Shown here piece after piece: positions 34,882 to 47,850 of a DNA stretch of 64,000 nucleotides (positions are counted from its first letter, which is position 1; every line of letters starts with the position of its first letter). The DNA is from Macrostomum lignano (Eukaryota): NCBI GenBank assembly GCA_002269645.1, contig NIVC01000166.1, positions 186,001 through 250,000 on the forward strand. Direction: 5' to 3'. A program made the translations under genes and the position numbers. A model generated the notes under the pieces. The model was not told the origin of the DNA. It was given only the letters and a program-made list of their open reading frames with translations, and ran no database searches.

Positions 34882-36640
34882 TCACACAGCCCTGGCGGAC
34901 AGCAGCAAGCTGGGATCCAGAGCTCGGCAGAACACCCTCCGAAACAGGCGAGCCTCCGCCGAGTTCAAATTGTATGGCGCCTCGGTGGTGTACAGCCGCT
35001 CAGTCACCGACGGCATCCGGCCAAATCGACCGCCGGCCGAGGCGGCGGCTGCGGCAGCGGCTGCCACCCCGGCAAAGTCCGGCCCGGCTCTGGCCTGAAT
35101 GTCGCGGCCTTTGGCGACAAGGGGGCGGCGATCCCGGCACAGGCCGCTCAGGCCCGTCAGCTGCACTCGGCGGCGGGCGGCGGTCGGTGTCGCCTCGGGC
35201 ACCGGCACTGGCGGCATCGCGGCTGAGTCCACGCCTTTGGGCGGGGGGAGGAATGGGTAACCGATTGGGATCAATAACATACATGTAATGGGATTAATAA
35301 CATAATATCGTCAATAACACAGTGAGATCAATAACAGAATGGGGATCAATAAACTTCTAGTGATTAATAATCTACTGGGGATCAATAACATATGGGATCA
35401 ATAATCTACTGGGATCAATAACATAAGGGGATTAATAAACTTATTGGGATCAATAATTAAATCTGTTGATATCAATAAATCAATTGGGATCAATAAATCT
35501 ATTGGGATCAATAAATCAATTGGGATCAATAAATCTATTGGGATCAATAAATCAATTGGGATCAATAATCGATCGAACATATCCCTATCTCTCTCTCACC
35601 CTTCAACGCAGCCGGAACGTCAAAATCCCAGCCTTCAGCAGCAGCTGCTGGGCCGACTCCGCTGCTCCTCTGCTGCTGCACCGCGGCCCGCCTCTCATCG
35701 TCTCCGTTGTCGCCATAGTCTGAGCCGGTCGCCTCCGCGGCGGCCGCAATTCCCTCCAGAGCCGCCCGACGGTGCTGCATGGCCGCCTCCAGTCCGGGTT
35801 CGACTCCCGTGCCGGCGGCGCCGGCACTGGCGCCCGACCGCATGGCCTGCAGTTCGCGCTCCTTCTGCTGCTCGAGCAGCACACAGCGGGTGAGCTCTGA
35901 CTGGCGAGCGCGCATTCGCGACATGGCGGAGTCGTAGGTGCTGTGCGTCAGCATCGAGGCGCTGGCGGCGTCCGCGTCCACCGTGCGGCCCGGGCGGGAT
36001 GCCTGCGGCGGATTGTTGGGTTGGTAATTGGCCAACATCTTTTTGAGCAGTTTGAGTGAGTAGGTTATTAGATCATCCTTGAGTAGTTTGAGTGAGTAGG
36101 TAATTAGATCCTCCTTGAGTAGTTTGAGTGAGTGGATAATTATATCATATCGAGTAGTTTGAGTGAGTAGGTAATTACATCATCCTTGAGTAGCTCGTAG
36201 TTTGGGTGAGTAGGTAATTAGATCATCCTTGAGTAGTTTGAGTGAGTGGATAATTATATCATATCGAGTAGTTTGAGTGAGTAGATAATTTCATCATCCT
36301 TGAGTAGTTTGGTTAATTGGAAAGCTGACCATTGGTTTTGCCAGCAAGGAAGATCATTTAGGTTTTGTGAATGCAGCTCAAGTCTGACTTATCGCTCACC
36401 AACTCGCTGGATTCCGCCGTGAAGCACCGTCTTCCATTGCCATTCTTCAGTATTGATCTGCAGGTGCTCTGCTCAACTGTGGCAGCCTGCATGGTGCGGT
36501 CCTGGCTCGCCGCTGTGCCCTGCTGCTGCTGCTGCTGCTGCTGCTTGAGCAACTGAGTTTGTTCAAATGACAGAGCAGCCCTAATCTCGTTATCGGTGTA
36601 AGCTGCGGAGCGATTGTCAAGTATTGGTGATATTGGCTTA
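34882..36640 (-). CDS. Uncharacterised low-complexity protein (poly-Q/poly-A, coiled-coil patch); 3' exons only
   Basis: Exons 36640-36400, 36038-35600 and 35234-34882 join in frame via GT-AG introns (phases 0, 1) and have GC-rich codons. 5' exon not found; no family recognised. Confidence 0.55.
35270..35575. repeat. ~18-bp intronic satellite (GGGATCAATAAATCT/AATT)
   Basis: Tandem units visible inside the intron 35599-35235. Confidence 0.85.
36045..36312. repeat. ~36-bp intronic satellite (GAGTAGTTTGAGTGAGTAGGTAATTAGATCATCCTT)
   Basis: About 7 tandem units inside the intron 36399-36039. Confidence 0.85.
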
Positions 36641-36973
36641 CTGGCGAAACTTAATCAACAGGTAAATAATAAGGATCAATAGCAGTTGATTCAAGAAAAG
36701 CTAGCAATAATCAACAATCTCCCATTAGGCACCAGTGCACTTGGAGGATTTGTTCAGTTGATAAACTGCCAGAGAGCAAGGACACGAAATTCGTCACCCA
36801 AGGGGCTTGGGTTGCCGTGAAATTCTCAGCTATGAGGGTCAACCCCAATGCTCAGCTCAGAAACATGAAGAATTAGGCACAATCGGTAGACCCTTTATCG
36901 TTGAAGAGAACAGGTAAACCCTATGGTGATTGGTTCCATTGCTATCTGGCGATTTTTGTTTTTATTGATCGAT

Positions 36974-38145
36974 TCAGTTGAAATCAGAATTAGTTCGCCA
37001 ATAGTAGAGATAGTGCTGGATGGATAGGGTCCTGGATAGGGACAGCTCCGAGCAGTCGATGAGAAGAGGCTGTTTCGGAATCACTTTATTTGGGCCGCTC
37101 ATGAGAAGATGCCCTTGGACACAGGATGTGTGAAGGTCCTTCACAACTTGGCGGAGCGGCTGAGGATGGTCTTGGTGCAGCTGAATGTTGTGCGGGTAGG
37201 AGTGGAGGCTGAGGAAGTGGTGAGCAGAGGAGGAGAGCGAAGGAGCGGATGAGGAGCCCCTCAAGAGCCTCAAGATGCGATAGTCGGACGCGTTGTCGTT
37301 GAGTTCCCCTGCCCTTTTTCAATCCATACACAAGAAGTACTCAGAGAAGTTCAATCGGGATGCTCACCGGTGGCGGCCTCGTCTCCGGAGAAAATCCGAT
37401 AGCCAGCTGTTGACGTCATCTCGCCCTCGATGATCCCGCAGCTGTCGCTGACGCTGCTGCCGCGAGTGTCAACAGCTCGACGCTGCTGCATAAGCGAGCT
37501 GGAGCTGCCTCTCCTGGCGGCGGCAATGATCGACTCGGTGCACGCCTCGTCCGCGTCCTCGGCCTCAGCCTCCTCGTTGGCTTCCTCATCGTCTTCATCC
37601 TCGAGAGTTTCCTCGTCATCGGCCGATGACTCCTCTTCATCAACTTCGGCTTCTTCGCTCTGTTCCTCCTCCTCCTCCTCGTCCTCCTCCTGAATGTCGG
37701 GAGCAAAGCTCACCCGATCGCCGCCACCGCTGGACAGCAGCGCCGCCGCGGCCTCCTCAACATCCTCGTCTGGCTCGCCGGCCTCGCAGAGAATCGCCCG
37801 CATTCGCTGGTAGATGGCCCGGTCCATCGAGCGCCTGCGTCTGGGCAGATAAGGCGGAGGCTGCGGCGGAGTTCTGATGGTGCACGAGGTCAGAGAGTCG
37901 ATCATGAGCGGATCGGGAGACTGCCGGTCCGGCGACTGCGATTTTATTGGCTGGTCCTGCTGCTCCTGCTGCTCCTGTTGCTCCTGCTCCTGAGACTGTA
38001 CAAGCCTGTGAAACTCCTCGCAAGGAATCCTCAGCAGGTGATAGCCCCGACGACATGCCTGATTAGAGTCCACCTCGTACGAGGCCAACTGAAACTGCTG
38101 CAGATCACTGCTAAGATAATTAGTTGACATCACGGTGGCTAGCAA
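36974..38145 (-). CDS. Uncharacterised protein with a long acidic (E/D) tract
   Basis: ORF 38145-37368 and ORF 37308-36974 join in frame through a 59-nt GT-AG intron. AATAAA lies just after the stop. The acceptor is pyrimidine-poor, so the join is tentative. Confidence 0.5.
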
Positions 38146-38747
38146 TGTTTGATAGAAACAAATTATTTTTGGTGAGATACTATGCCATTTTGAGACTAAT
38201 AAAGAGACAACACAGGGTCGTTACGAGCTCAAATTGATTGATGATGACGCCATAGACAAGTGGCCTACCGTCTTTGCGATCTAGCTTGAGCAGCGGGCAA
38301 TTATAGTTAGACGCTTGTGAAACCTGGTTAAGTTAGCTCGCAGACATGAGGCAATCAATTCTGACAATTGTATTGCTGCTTTTAAACCGTTTATTCGCTA
38401 TCAGGCAAGAGACACTCTCATAGTTATCCTTGCATACAGCGAATGGGTCCTTAGTCTTTCTGCGTTGTGCGGTCTGTATTTTTTGACGAGGAAGTATAGA
38501 GCCATGGAGGGCATGAGTTTATCTATTGTTATGTCCAAATTCGGCTGCCCCTGTCTAACCTGATTTCTAATCGGTGTCATTTTGTCTATGGCCTTAGTCT
38601 ATGGATTCCTGGCTGAGCCCCAGATGATGAGACCATAGGACTGTCATCTCCTCCATCCGACCCATAGCATATCTTCAAACAATTGACATTGTCCTACAGC
38701 CAGAGCTGACGGCAAGTCTGCACATTTCGCTCACTCCTGAACACAGG

Positions 38748-39062
38748 ATGTACAGCAGCCCTGACTTTCAACTTATTAAATTCATTGTGAAAGCGCAAAA
38801 GAGTTCAAAAGGGTCAGGATTTTCATCTGCAGAAGGCGGCTGTACTTCTTGTACTCGTATCAAAGCTACGAGGCTTCTTTTAGTAGTTGCTATGGTTTTT
38901 ATGTTCTTTTTTCTACAAATTTTCACGCTCATGTTAGACTTTATATCGTTCTCTAACTGTTTCAAGGACGATTATCTGGGACGACAAAAATATCTGGGGC
39001 TCGTGCTAAATGCAAATCAGCTTCATCTTCTAAAGATTAGTATTAAACATGCTGGACTATGA
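38748..39062 (+). pseudogene. Possible GPCR TM6-TM7 relic
   Basis: 'RIKATRLLLVVAMVFMFFFLQIF' resembles the ICL3/TM6 pattern of peptide GPCRs. No intact upstream helices found. Confidence 0.3.
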
Positions 39063-39127
39063 AATATATTTTTAGCATTGCATACACTGTAGATAGCGAT
39101 TGGCTCATATGGTGATTTAAGATTATT

Positions 39128-39397
39128 GATAATAATAATAATAATTGATTACACCTGCCCCAACGGGCAGATGTGCAACCGACAGCTCAGCCGCAGCTAT
39201 TGCACGGCGCATCTGAAGGCTGCGTACGGCTCCAGGGACTGGGGGGTCGCCACACACATCCTCAATTACCCCAGCTAATGAACTGAAGCAATGCAGAGTT
39301 GAGTCTTACTCAAGGACAAAAATCTTTCTGTGGGATCGGGAATCGAACCCCCAACCTTCAAGTCGCGAGTCCAACCCGCTGACCACTAGGTTATAGA
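39128..39397 (-). mobile_element. tRNA-derived CORE-like SINE
   Basis: The reverse strand reads TAACCTAGTGG (A box) ... GGTTCGATTCCC (B box), then the shared body and an (ATT)n tail. Confidence 0.78.
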
Positions 39398-39663
39398 TTA
39401 TTGCTGGCTGCTATAGTCACGGGACCATAGTTTTTGTGTTTTGTATTGGTATTGTGGTTCCCTTAACTTTGTCAAAACTGATGAATTTACTATCATGCGA
39501 GCATACAGATGCGCATGATTCTCAAGCTATCTATAGAGCCGTGATCAGCAACCCAGAACAGTCTATGGACAAAGCGCCCAGTCAAGACTGCCAAGTCTGC
39601 AAGCTTTCCCCTATTTGACAGCTAAAAGTGGCAGTTGTTGCGTAGCAGCGGCCCTCGTCATTC

Positions 39664-40392
39664 ATGCCGGCAGACTCCCTGACTGTCAGACTGCAGCTGG
39701 ACGAATCCGAGTCAAGCGTCGGCATGCCAACAGCCGAGCCGATCCTCATCAAGCTGCTGTGCAGCACCAAGCAGACGGACAGCGCTGAAGACCACGCTGA
39801 CGGCAACAGCAGCTGCGGCGACTGCAGCAGCCGGTGCAGCAGCAACCATAACAACAACAACAGCGGCAACTCCCGCGCCACCAACAGGTCCTCGGCAGCT
39901 GGAGACGCCAGCAGGAGCAGCAGCTTGGCGGTGCAGAAGCGGCTGCAAAATGAGCAGCTTCGCCAGGACCTGGCCAAGCAGCTCGACACTCGACTGCACG
40001 ACATCGGCGGGCCGATCAGCGCCGAGTGGTCGGCCATCAAGCAGTTCGTCAGCTCGGAGATTCAAGCCAACCTTGGCGACAAGCTCCGGTCGGATGTCGA
40101 GTCCCTCATGGAACATCCGCATCTCCGCAAGATGGTGCGAGAGCTGCAGGCGGAGCGGCCGGAGTCCGCGACTCAGACCGACATGCTGGACCGGATGACG
40201 GCGTCGCTGTTGCCGAAAGTCCGACGAAATCATCGACAGTTTCTAGACAGATTAAACAGGCGCGTCTCCCAGATGCTGGTGCAGCTCATGCACAATGACC
40301 AGATGGTGACCGTCATTGATGATGAACAGCTCATTAACGATCTGTTCAAGCTGTCCTCCGGCAGCGACGAGGACACTTCGAGGACTGCTTGA
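39664..40392 (+). CDS. Uncharacterised 242-aa protein, helical C-terminal half
   Basis: ATG-to-TGA ORF with a strong GC3 bias like neighbouring host genes. AATAAA lies about 110 bp downstream. No family recognised. Confidence 0.65.
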   Translation: MPADSLTVRLQLDESESSVGMPTAEPILIKLLCSTKQTDSAEDHADGNSSCGDCSSRCSSNHNNNNSGNSRATNRSSAAGDASRSSSLAVQKRLQNEQLRQDLAKQLDTRLHDIGGPISAEWSAIKQFVSSEIQANLGDKLRSDVESLMEHPHLRKMVRELQAERPESATQTDMLDRMTASLLPKVRRNHRQFLDRLNRRVSQMLVQLMHNDQMVTVIDDEQLINDLFKLSSGSDEDTSRTA

Positions 40393-41414
40393 GGCGCGCT
40401 GAACTTATCCAGCATCAGCTTGAACTATAGTCAGAGTACTGAGCTCAATTTTCGATTGTAAGTCTTCAAAAACAAACGCGTTACTGATTTGGTCGTGCTG
40501 AATTCAATAAAAAGCAAATTCAAATTCGTGCCCAACGTCGATAAACAAGTACACGCAGAGAAGTCTGTTAGTAATACAAATTTTTTTTGCGTGTTTTAAG
40601 GCAGTTATTATTTGTTTTACCAATATTCTTCGTTGGCGCTAATTTGAATCGCATTTATTTAACTACCGGTTCTGAGTGAACCAAGAGGCCAGCAACTAAT
40701 GCAGGCAAATATTTAAAATTTAGCATTTTGTTTGTTTACCTTGACTTTATTTATCGCATCAAAATGGTTCGGTCTTATTGAAATATCTACATAACTGTCC
40801 ATCCTCGATAGCAGATCAGTGACTTTTCCATCCGGTATGTAGCTTTTCATTCGACACTCGTCGTTGATTGGCTGATCCAAAGTCGCCAGACGTACAGTGA
40901 CCCGCAAGCTAAATAAATGAAACCTTAATGAAATGAAACCTTTATTTACGACCTAAATAAATGAAACCCAGTTACCAGTTGCTAAATAGCCGGCCTTGTC
41001 AGTCGCGATAGGTTTAGAATTTGTTTCTGAAAAAGCCTCGTAATGAAAAGTTTACGACATTTATCTCATATTATATTTCGGATAAGAAGGTTTGTCTTTG
41101 TTATACTTTTTCTTTGTTACACGGAGCTTTTCATTGGCATTGAAACTCGTTTTGGGACGAAAAATTTCTGATTTTGAAACTTTTTCACTTTTTCCAACCT
41201 CTACTTTTATTTAAACTCTTCAATAATAACAAAAAAGCTTTGTTTTAAATAGTAAACCATCAAAGATCCATATGTGAACAATATTTTTGCAAGTCTAAAT
41301 TCGTTTAATCTTGAAGTTCATTCCCTGACGATACGAAACTGGTGTAATTATAAACAGAACAACATATATACTTTATTTAACGTGTATACTTTATTTTCAA
41401 TAAATAATAGTTAG

Positions 41415-41690
41415 AGGTTGTATGCAGCCTTGTGGTTAAGAGCGTGGGACTCAAGACTAAAAGGTCGGGGGTTCGATTTTCGATCACTCTGAACAATTTG
41501 TGTCCTTGAGCAGGACACTTAACTCTGCATTGCTTCAGTTCACCCAGCTGTAAAATGGGTGCCAGCTTTAGCTGGGGTAATTGAGGGTGTGTGGCGACCC
41601 CCCAGTCCTTGGACTGAACAGCCGTACGCAGCCTTCAGATGCCAATAGCTGCGGCTGAGCTGTCGGTTGCACATCTACCCTTTAGTTGAC
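41415..41690 (+). mobile_element. tRNA-derived CORE-like SINE
   Basis: Head CAGCCTTGTGGTTAAG...GGTTCGATTT, then gtccttgagcaggacacttaac...ctgtaaaatggg and the shared 3' body. Confidence 0.78.
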
Positions 41691-42294
41691 ATTATGACAG
41701 GATTTCAGCTATCACCAAAGCAACTTTTGATTTATCCGCATCTTAGTCGAGTAGCTCTAAAAAGATAGCTCCTACATTTCGCAAAATGGTTCCTTTTTAC
41801 ATTTCGCAACTGGCGCAATATGAAAAGCCTCAAAGAAGTTCAGAAGCGGCGGAGTTAGGAATTGAATCAATTTCTGGAATATGCTTTGTAGTTGTTATAA
41901 TGTAATCATATTTAACTTTACAGATCCGAAACGGATTTTGTAGCTGGAATATTTCATTTTTGCACCTTGTTAAGCATTAAAGCTCAACCATTGAAACCGA
42001 GTAGATCGCGGCAGTCGTATTTTGCACGTTGATAAAATGGAGTTGAGACCGACTCTGTACCTCGCAGTAAATCTGAGCGTCTTTGAAGCCTCACTGGGAT
42101 GCCATTTTTTCCAACATCATTTTGCAAGATCATTTTGTTGGGCCAATTCAATTTAATATTTGAACAACTAACCTCCAATAAAATTTTTGCAGGATCTTAC
42201 AAGTTTAAGATAGATTCCTAAGAGTTTGTCAGCTAAGAATCATAGAGAACCATGGAGTCAGACTTGAATAATATCGCACCGTCCCTCCAGCCTC

Positions 42295-43635
42295 TTAGTC
42301 CAGCAATCCTTGACCTGCGGTCGTCTCCTCGACGCCCTCCTCAATGACATCTTGTTGAATATCTTGAGCCCGACTAGATGACACAGCAGACGACGAAGGT
42401 GTCTTAGCGGCGGCGGCGGCCGCACTACTGGACGTCGGTGGACGGCGCTTGCGGTTGGCCGCGCCGATTCGGCCGCCAGCGATCGGCTTCAGCGAGTCCA
42501 GCTGCTGCTGGTGCTGCTCCAGCTGGCCTTTCTCGACGACGATTTCCACGTTAGTGACCGATCTGCCGTCTCGGTTGGACAGCCAGCAGAGCGCCGTCTG
42601 GCAGATCAGCGCCAGGATGACGGCCAGGCCGACGCAGACGTAGGCAGTGCCGTTCGAGCTCGAGAAAGCGCAAGCTTCGGGCGGTCGGATGGTCACCGGG
42701 TCACTGTGGAAATTTACAATTTGAATTTGCGCCAAATTCTAGTGAGAGTATAACAAGCCCAGATTATTAAGTAGCTCGTATTTGGACACTTGGTTGTGAA
42801 TAAAGTGGGCCAAACGCGTAAGAAAAGTACAATATTTGGAATGCAATCGGGGCGAATATTTCGAAATACGTCGCTAGCAGTCTACAGCAGTTGTCCATGG
42901 CCAATGGACAAAACTTTACTGTTTGTCCTGGCTTACATCTTTTTTCTCAATCTCTGATCAGACAGCCAAAGCAAGGGTACATGCCTGACTATTGGAAAGT
43001 CAGGGCCGATGTACACCCCTGTGTGAGCGTGTGCATGAGCCCGTGCCTGCCTACAGTATTGGCGCGCTTTTGCGCTCAGGAATCAGCGGAATGGGCAGAA
43101 CTCAGCGCTGGTTGTTCCGCGGGGCCACTGCCCTCCTGCAGTTATTATTATATTATTAACCTAGAAGATTCTAGGTTTTTTCATGATTAAAAGTCTTAGA
43201 CCAGACAAGCAGACAAAATTCTCACCTGGTCGAGAACTCATTGACAGAGTCGTTAGCGCTCGACCTTGACGGCTGCAATTTGTTGGCAGTTTTTATTTGG
43301 GCTGAGTTAGCAAAGCCCAATATTGTGAGTAGTACAGCAAGGATGGCAGCCGAGTGCTGAGCCACTTGGAAGGCCAATCGACGTCTCTGAGCAGTGCTTG
43401 AGTCGTTGCTACCTTGAGTCAGCGCAGAGCTGCACGCGGCCGTCACACCGACCAGGCCAGACAGGAGCACCAGGCCGGGACTCAGCGACCTGGCAACATC
43501 GGTGACAGCCGCTGACTGAGCCTGCTGGCGGTCGCAGCTGCTGAAGATGGCGCTGAGAGCCAGAGACAGGCTGAGCGCGCAGCAGCACAGCGCAGAGATC
43601 AGCTCTGGAGCCAAAAACCGATCCTGAGGCATCAC
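42295..43635 (-). CDS. Four-TM membrane protein (MS4A/CD20- or tetraspan-like topology), 2 exons
   Basis: Exons 43635-43226 and 42703-42295 join in phase 2. Four hydrophobic segments: ISALCCCALSLSLALSAIF, PGLVLLSGLVGVTAAC, AAILAVLLTILGFA, YVCVGLAVILALICQTALCWL. The family label is tentative. Confidence 0.6.
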
Positions 43636-45173
43636 GCGTCTCTGCTAACTATACAAGCGTTTGCTGTCCAGAGAGAAATAATACAAGCTTTAGGAAGGCC
43701 GTGTGATTCACTCACGTGTGCATAAATATCCGCCGGCTGGACACCCAAACTTAGCTGCTATCTGGCTGGTAAAGCGCTGGGCAGCATTGGTTGGAATTTT
43801 AATAATTGTAAAGATCAGCTATCGGTGTTTAGCCATCTGGACAGAGACTTGCCAGGCAATGAAGATGAAGTTTGTGCATTTGGTTGTTGCTAAAGAATAT
43901 TCTAGTTTGCATATGCTATGCCAATTTGGAATCTAAATTTCAGCAATTCTTACTTTAGTTCCACCACAATATTTGCTAAACATCGCTTAGGTTTAGTTCA
44001 GTCTAAATCAGTGGCGTCTGATACTATAGACTTATAGCCTGACCCTGCTTACTCTGTCTTCGCATCGCACTCGCTATAGGGAAGTAAGGGTTACATTAAA
44101 ATACAGCGCTCAAATCTGTCATTTTCTATGCAATTTAGCTATCCATCTCACTTCGCTTGGTCCCAACATGTTCTTGATATTTCTATTTTTATTGGTTATT
44201 GTTCACCCTAATATTGGCCATCCACCAACTCCAGACCTGAACAATCCCGTCGAATCCTCACTTTTTCTTCGTTTTCCTCAAGCGTCGTATCTATTTTTAG
44301 CCACAGTTGCATGACGTCATACCACCGGGAACGAATTTGAGAGAGTTTGTAGTGGCAACGGCTTAAAAGGAAAACTTTTGAGCACATCTGAAGGCTCTTA
44401 TACATGTGTTAACTGGGGAATTTGTGCCTAAATATCCTCAGTACTGTTGGTTCTTCCCGGAGTGGGACTACATAAACATGCATACCGCCGGCTGAGAGCA
44501 TCTGAGTATTTAGAAACCATCGAGCAACTGTTCCTTCATGCTACTCACAGTAGTCGATTCTAGCACAGCTAGAGATGATTTACCCTGTTGAGAAGTCTGC
44601 ATAATTTTGCTAAGGGTACTTATTTTGAGACCTAAAGTTAGGATTAGGTATGATTATTTTGGAAGGCCTTGCCTTCGAAGTATGGTCATAATCTTTATAT
44701 ATCTGACACCTAGCGTTTAGCACTTCCGCATTCCAGGAGTTTTTCGCCTAAAAATGACAGCGAAAGGGGAAAATTTGATAAGAATTTCGATTGGTCATGA
44801 AAGGCTGTATTGAAAAATGAACAGAATTAGCTAACCATGAGGATGTAAACAATTTAATAAATATATATTTAGCAAAGATAAAGCTTAAATAAGCCGCACT
44901 CAATGGCGGCGCCAGTGTTAATAAGCTATGCCTTTTTTCTACTCCTGTACGTTATTCTGCCTTATTGTGTCTCTCATGTGCTGATTGTGCTAGCCGAGCT
45001 CAGTCTGGCTCCTAGGTAGACAGAGCTGGCATCGCAGATGCTATATAGTAGAAAAGCTGGGTGCATGTGCATCTAGGCATACAAAACAGAGAAAAAACTA
45101 GGCAGAAGTTGCCTCTTTAACAGAGAACTTTAGAGAATCGTAAGAGAGAAAAACCAGAGCATCAAGAGTCGCA

Positions 45174-45851
45174 ATGATTCACGTTGCAATCAGTATCTGT
45201 CTGCTAATCTCTGTGGAGCTCATTGGTAAGTGTTCCAGCAGCCATTGCTGTCAATTATACTCGTCCAGCCGAAAGACGCAACCGGAGGCCAGCAAGCAAG
45301 CAGAATTTTCTATTTTTCTACAAGTGTCAGCTGTTCCGTGTTTTCTGTGTATTTTCTATGAAAAAATTCAATATTTTCTGGACCTTCAAAGTAGTGCTAC
45401 CATTGAAAATGAGCTTGCAGGGTCAACTGAGGCAGCGGACTGCTCAACAATCACCTGCGACAACGGCGGCACCTGCAACAATCACACAGACAGTCCGCCC
45501 TGCCTCTGCCCGCTGCCCTACATCGCACCGTACTGCGAATCAGCTGCAGACTACTGCTTCACCCTGCAGCCTGACAAGCGCATCACTAAGCTGCCTGTGT
45601 GCCTGAATGGCGGCAACTGCACTCTGGCGTACACCGATCCGTACTTTAACTGCAGCTGTCCTGATGGCTTCACAGGTGTGAAAATGCGATTGCATGCAAG
45701 TCTTGTGTGACAGACGCTTGAAAAAAAATTCAAGTAGATTATTAGTTCAATTAGGCACCAAGCTGAGTGAAATATTGAAGTTTGATTTGAAGCTTGTATG
45801 TACGGGCGTACTCTGTCTTCGATATCTTTGTTTGTGCCTGACTGACTGTCC

Positions 45852-45949
<98 letters not shown>

Positions 45950-45950
45950 A

Positions 45951-45997
<47 letters not shown>

Positions 45998-46479
45998 GTG
46001 TCTGTCTGTCTGTCTGCCTGCGTCTGTCTGAACATGAAACTAGCTGCAGTGACATAGCGTGATAAAATACTATCATAAGCACTCACATTTGCTCAGGTTG
46101 GCGCTGCGAGGTACGAGTTGGAGAGGAGGAGACTACAGAATTTTCTACTACCACAACAACCACTGCTGCTACTGAACAGAGTAAGCCACTTTCTAGCACC
46201 AATTGCAGTTCAGAATCTTAAGCATCTAATGGCAGTCACTTACAGTAGTTATGTCTTTCTTTCTTTCCATGTTTCTAAGGTACAGCCAGCGAGCAGAGCC
46301 AAATCTCTACAGTGGTGGTCATAGCGACTGCCTGTGTTGCAAGCTTGCTGACTGGTGCTGTCATCGTGGTAGGCGGTTACTTGATTCGCTCCCGTCGCCA
46401 CAAAATTCCTCAAATAAAGAAACCCGAAACTACCGGTACGGGGAACTCGAAAGCACATATAAGTGAATCCTATAATTAG
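45174..46479 (+). CDS. Type I membrane protein with 2 EGF-like domains (paralogue A)
   Basis: Exons 45174-45225, 45421-45675, 46097-46180 and 46280-46479, all phase 1. Signal peptide, then CDNGGTC...[12 protein letters not shown] and CLNGGNC...[12 protein letters not shown], a Thr-rich stalk, [27 protein letters not shown] and RSRRHK. The exact 3' end is uncertain. Confidence 0.8.
45845..46030. repeat. (GTCT)n microsatellite; further copies at ~49565-49632 and ~50505-50545
   Basis: Directly visible. Confidence 0.95.
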
Positions 46480-47129
46480 CAGTACAGTGGATGCGGTTCC
46501 ACGACCATCGCTGGAGGCAATTCTGCCCATTCCGCTGACTCCGGAGCACATGCAAGCGCGCCAATACACACGCTCACACAGGGTGTACACCTTCTAATCG
46601 TCAGGCATGTACAGTCTCTACGTGCCTTGGAACTTGGATTTTCAGCTTATGCTATTCAAAGAAGCAAGCTTATTTTAAATGACGACTGTTTCGTTAAAAT
46701 TTGTTGGAAAGTAAAACAGTGTTCTGCATCGCAACTAATCAAGGTCGAATTTGACGTACAAATTGTCTACAATATAGAATTTGCAAGTCTAATCAACTTG
46801 ATTTGATTACTATTATTTCCATCTGCTAAAGCTAAATTGTTTTGTTATTGTGAACGGCTCTTCAGGCACAATTTCAATTTGCTTTGATGGGTGTTTTTTT
46901 TAAAGACCCGATGTGAATTTTATTTGCTGTCTGTCTGTAATCTGCACACGAACAATTTTTCTATTTAATCAATGTAGTTTAATTAAATTGTTATCAAATA
47001 AATCTGCTATACCATCAGTTCTGATAATCTCCTACTAATTCACGTTTACTGTAAATCTTCAATAGTGTTTTTGTACGGAAAAAAAATTTGATTCATAAAT
47101 ACATGTATTTTACCGCAAAAGTTTTTGAA

Positions 47130-47850
47130 CGGGAATAGCTGGATACTGGACACGGGAACAGCTGGATACTGCAGGGTCACGGGAACAGCTGGATACTGCA
47201 GGGACACGGGAACAGCTGGATACTGCAGGGACACGGGAACAGCTGGATACTGCAGGGACACAGGAACAGCTGGATACTGCAGGGACACGGGAACAGCTGG
47301 ATACTGCAGGGACACGGGAACAGCTGGATACTGCAGGGACACGGGAACAGCTGGATACTGCAGGGACACGGGAACAGCTGGATACTGCAGGGACACGGGA
47401 ACAGCTGGATACTGCAGGGACACGGGAACAGCTGGATACTGCAGGGACACGGGAACAGCTGGATACTGCAGGGACACGGGAACAGCTGGATACTGCAGGG
47501 ACACGGGAACAGCTGGATACTGCAGGGACACAGGAACAGCTGGATACTGCAGGGACACGGGAACAGCTGGATACTGCAGGGACACGGGAACAGCTGGATA
47601 CTGCAGGGACACGGGAACAGCTGGATACTGGAGGGACACGGGAACAGCTGGATACTGCAGGGACACGGGAACAGCTGGATACTGCAGGGACACGGGAACA
47701 GTTGGATACTGCAGGGACATGGGAACAGCTGGATACTGGAGGGACACGGGAACAGCTGGATACTGCAGGGACACGGGAACAGTTGGATACTGCAGGGACA
47801 TGGGAACAGCTGGATACTGCAGGGACACGGGAACAGCTGGATACTGGACA
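47130..47850. repeat. 27-bp satellite (GGGACACGGGAACAGCTGGATACTGCA)
   Basis: About 26 near-identical units. Confidence 0.95.

Noticed and set aside
45694-46086. (CLSV)n and (TDRQ)n ORFs
   Set aside because: (GTCT)n microsatellite artefacts.
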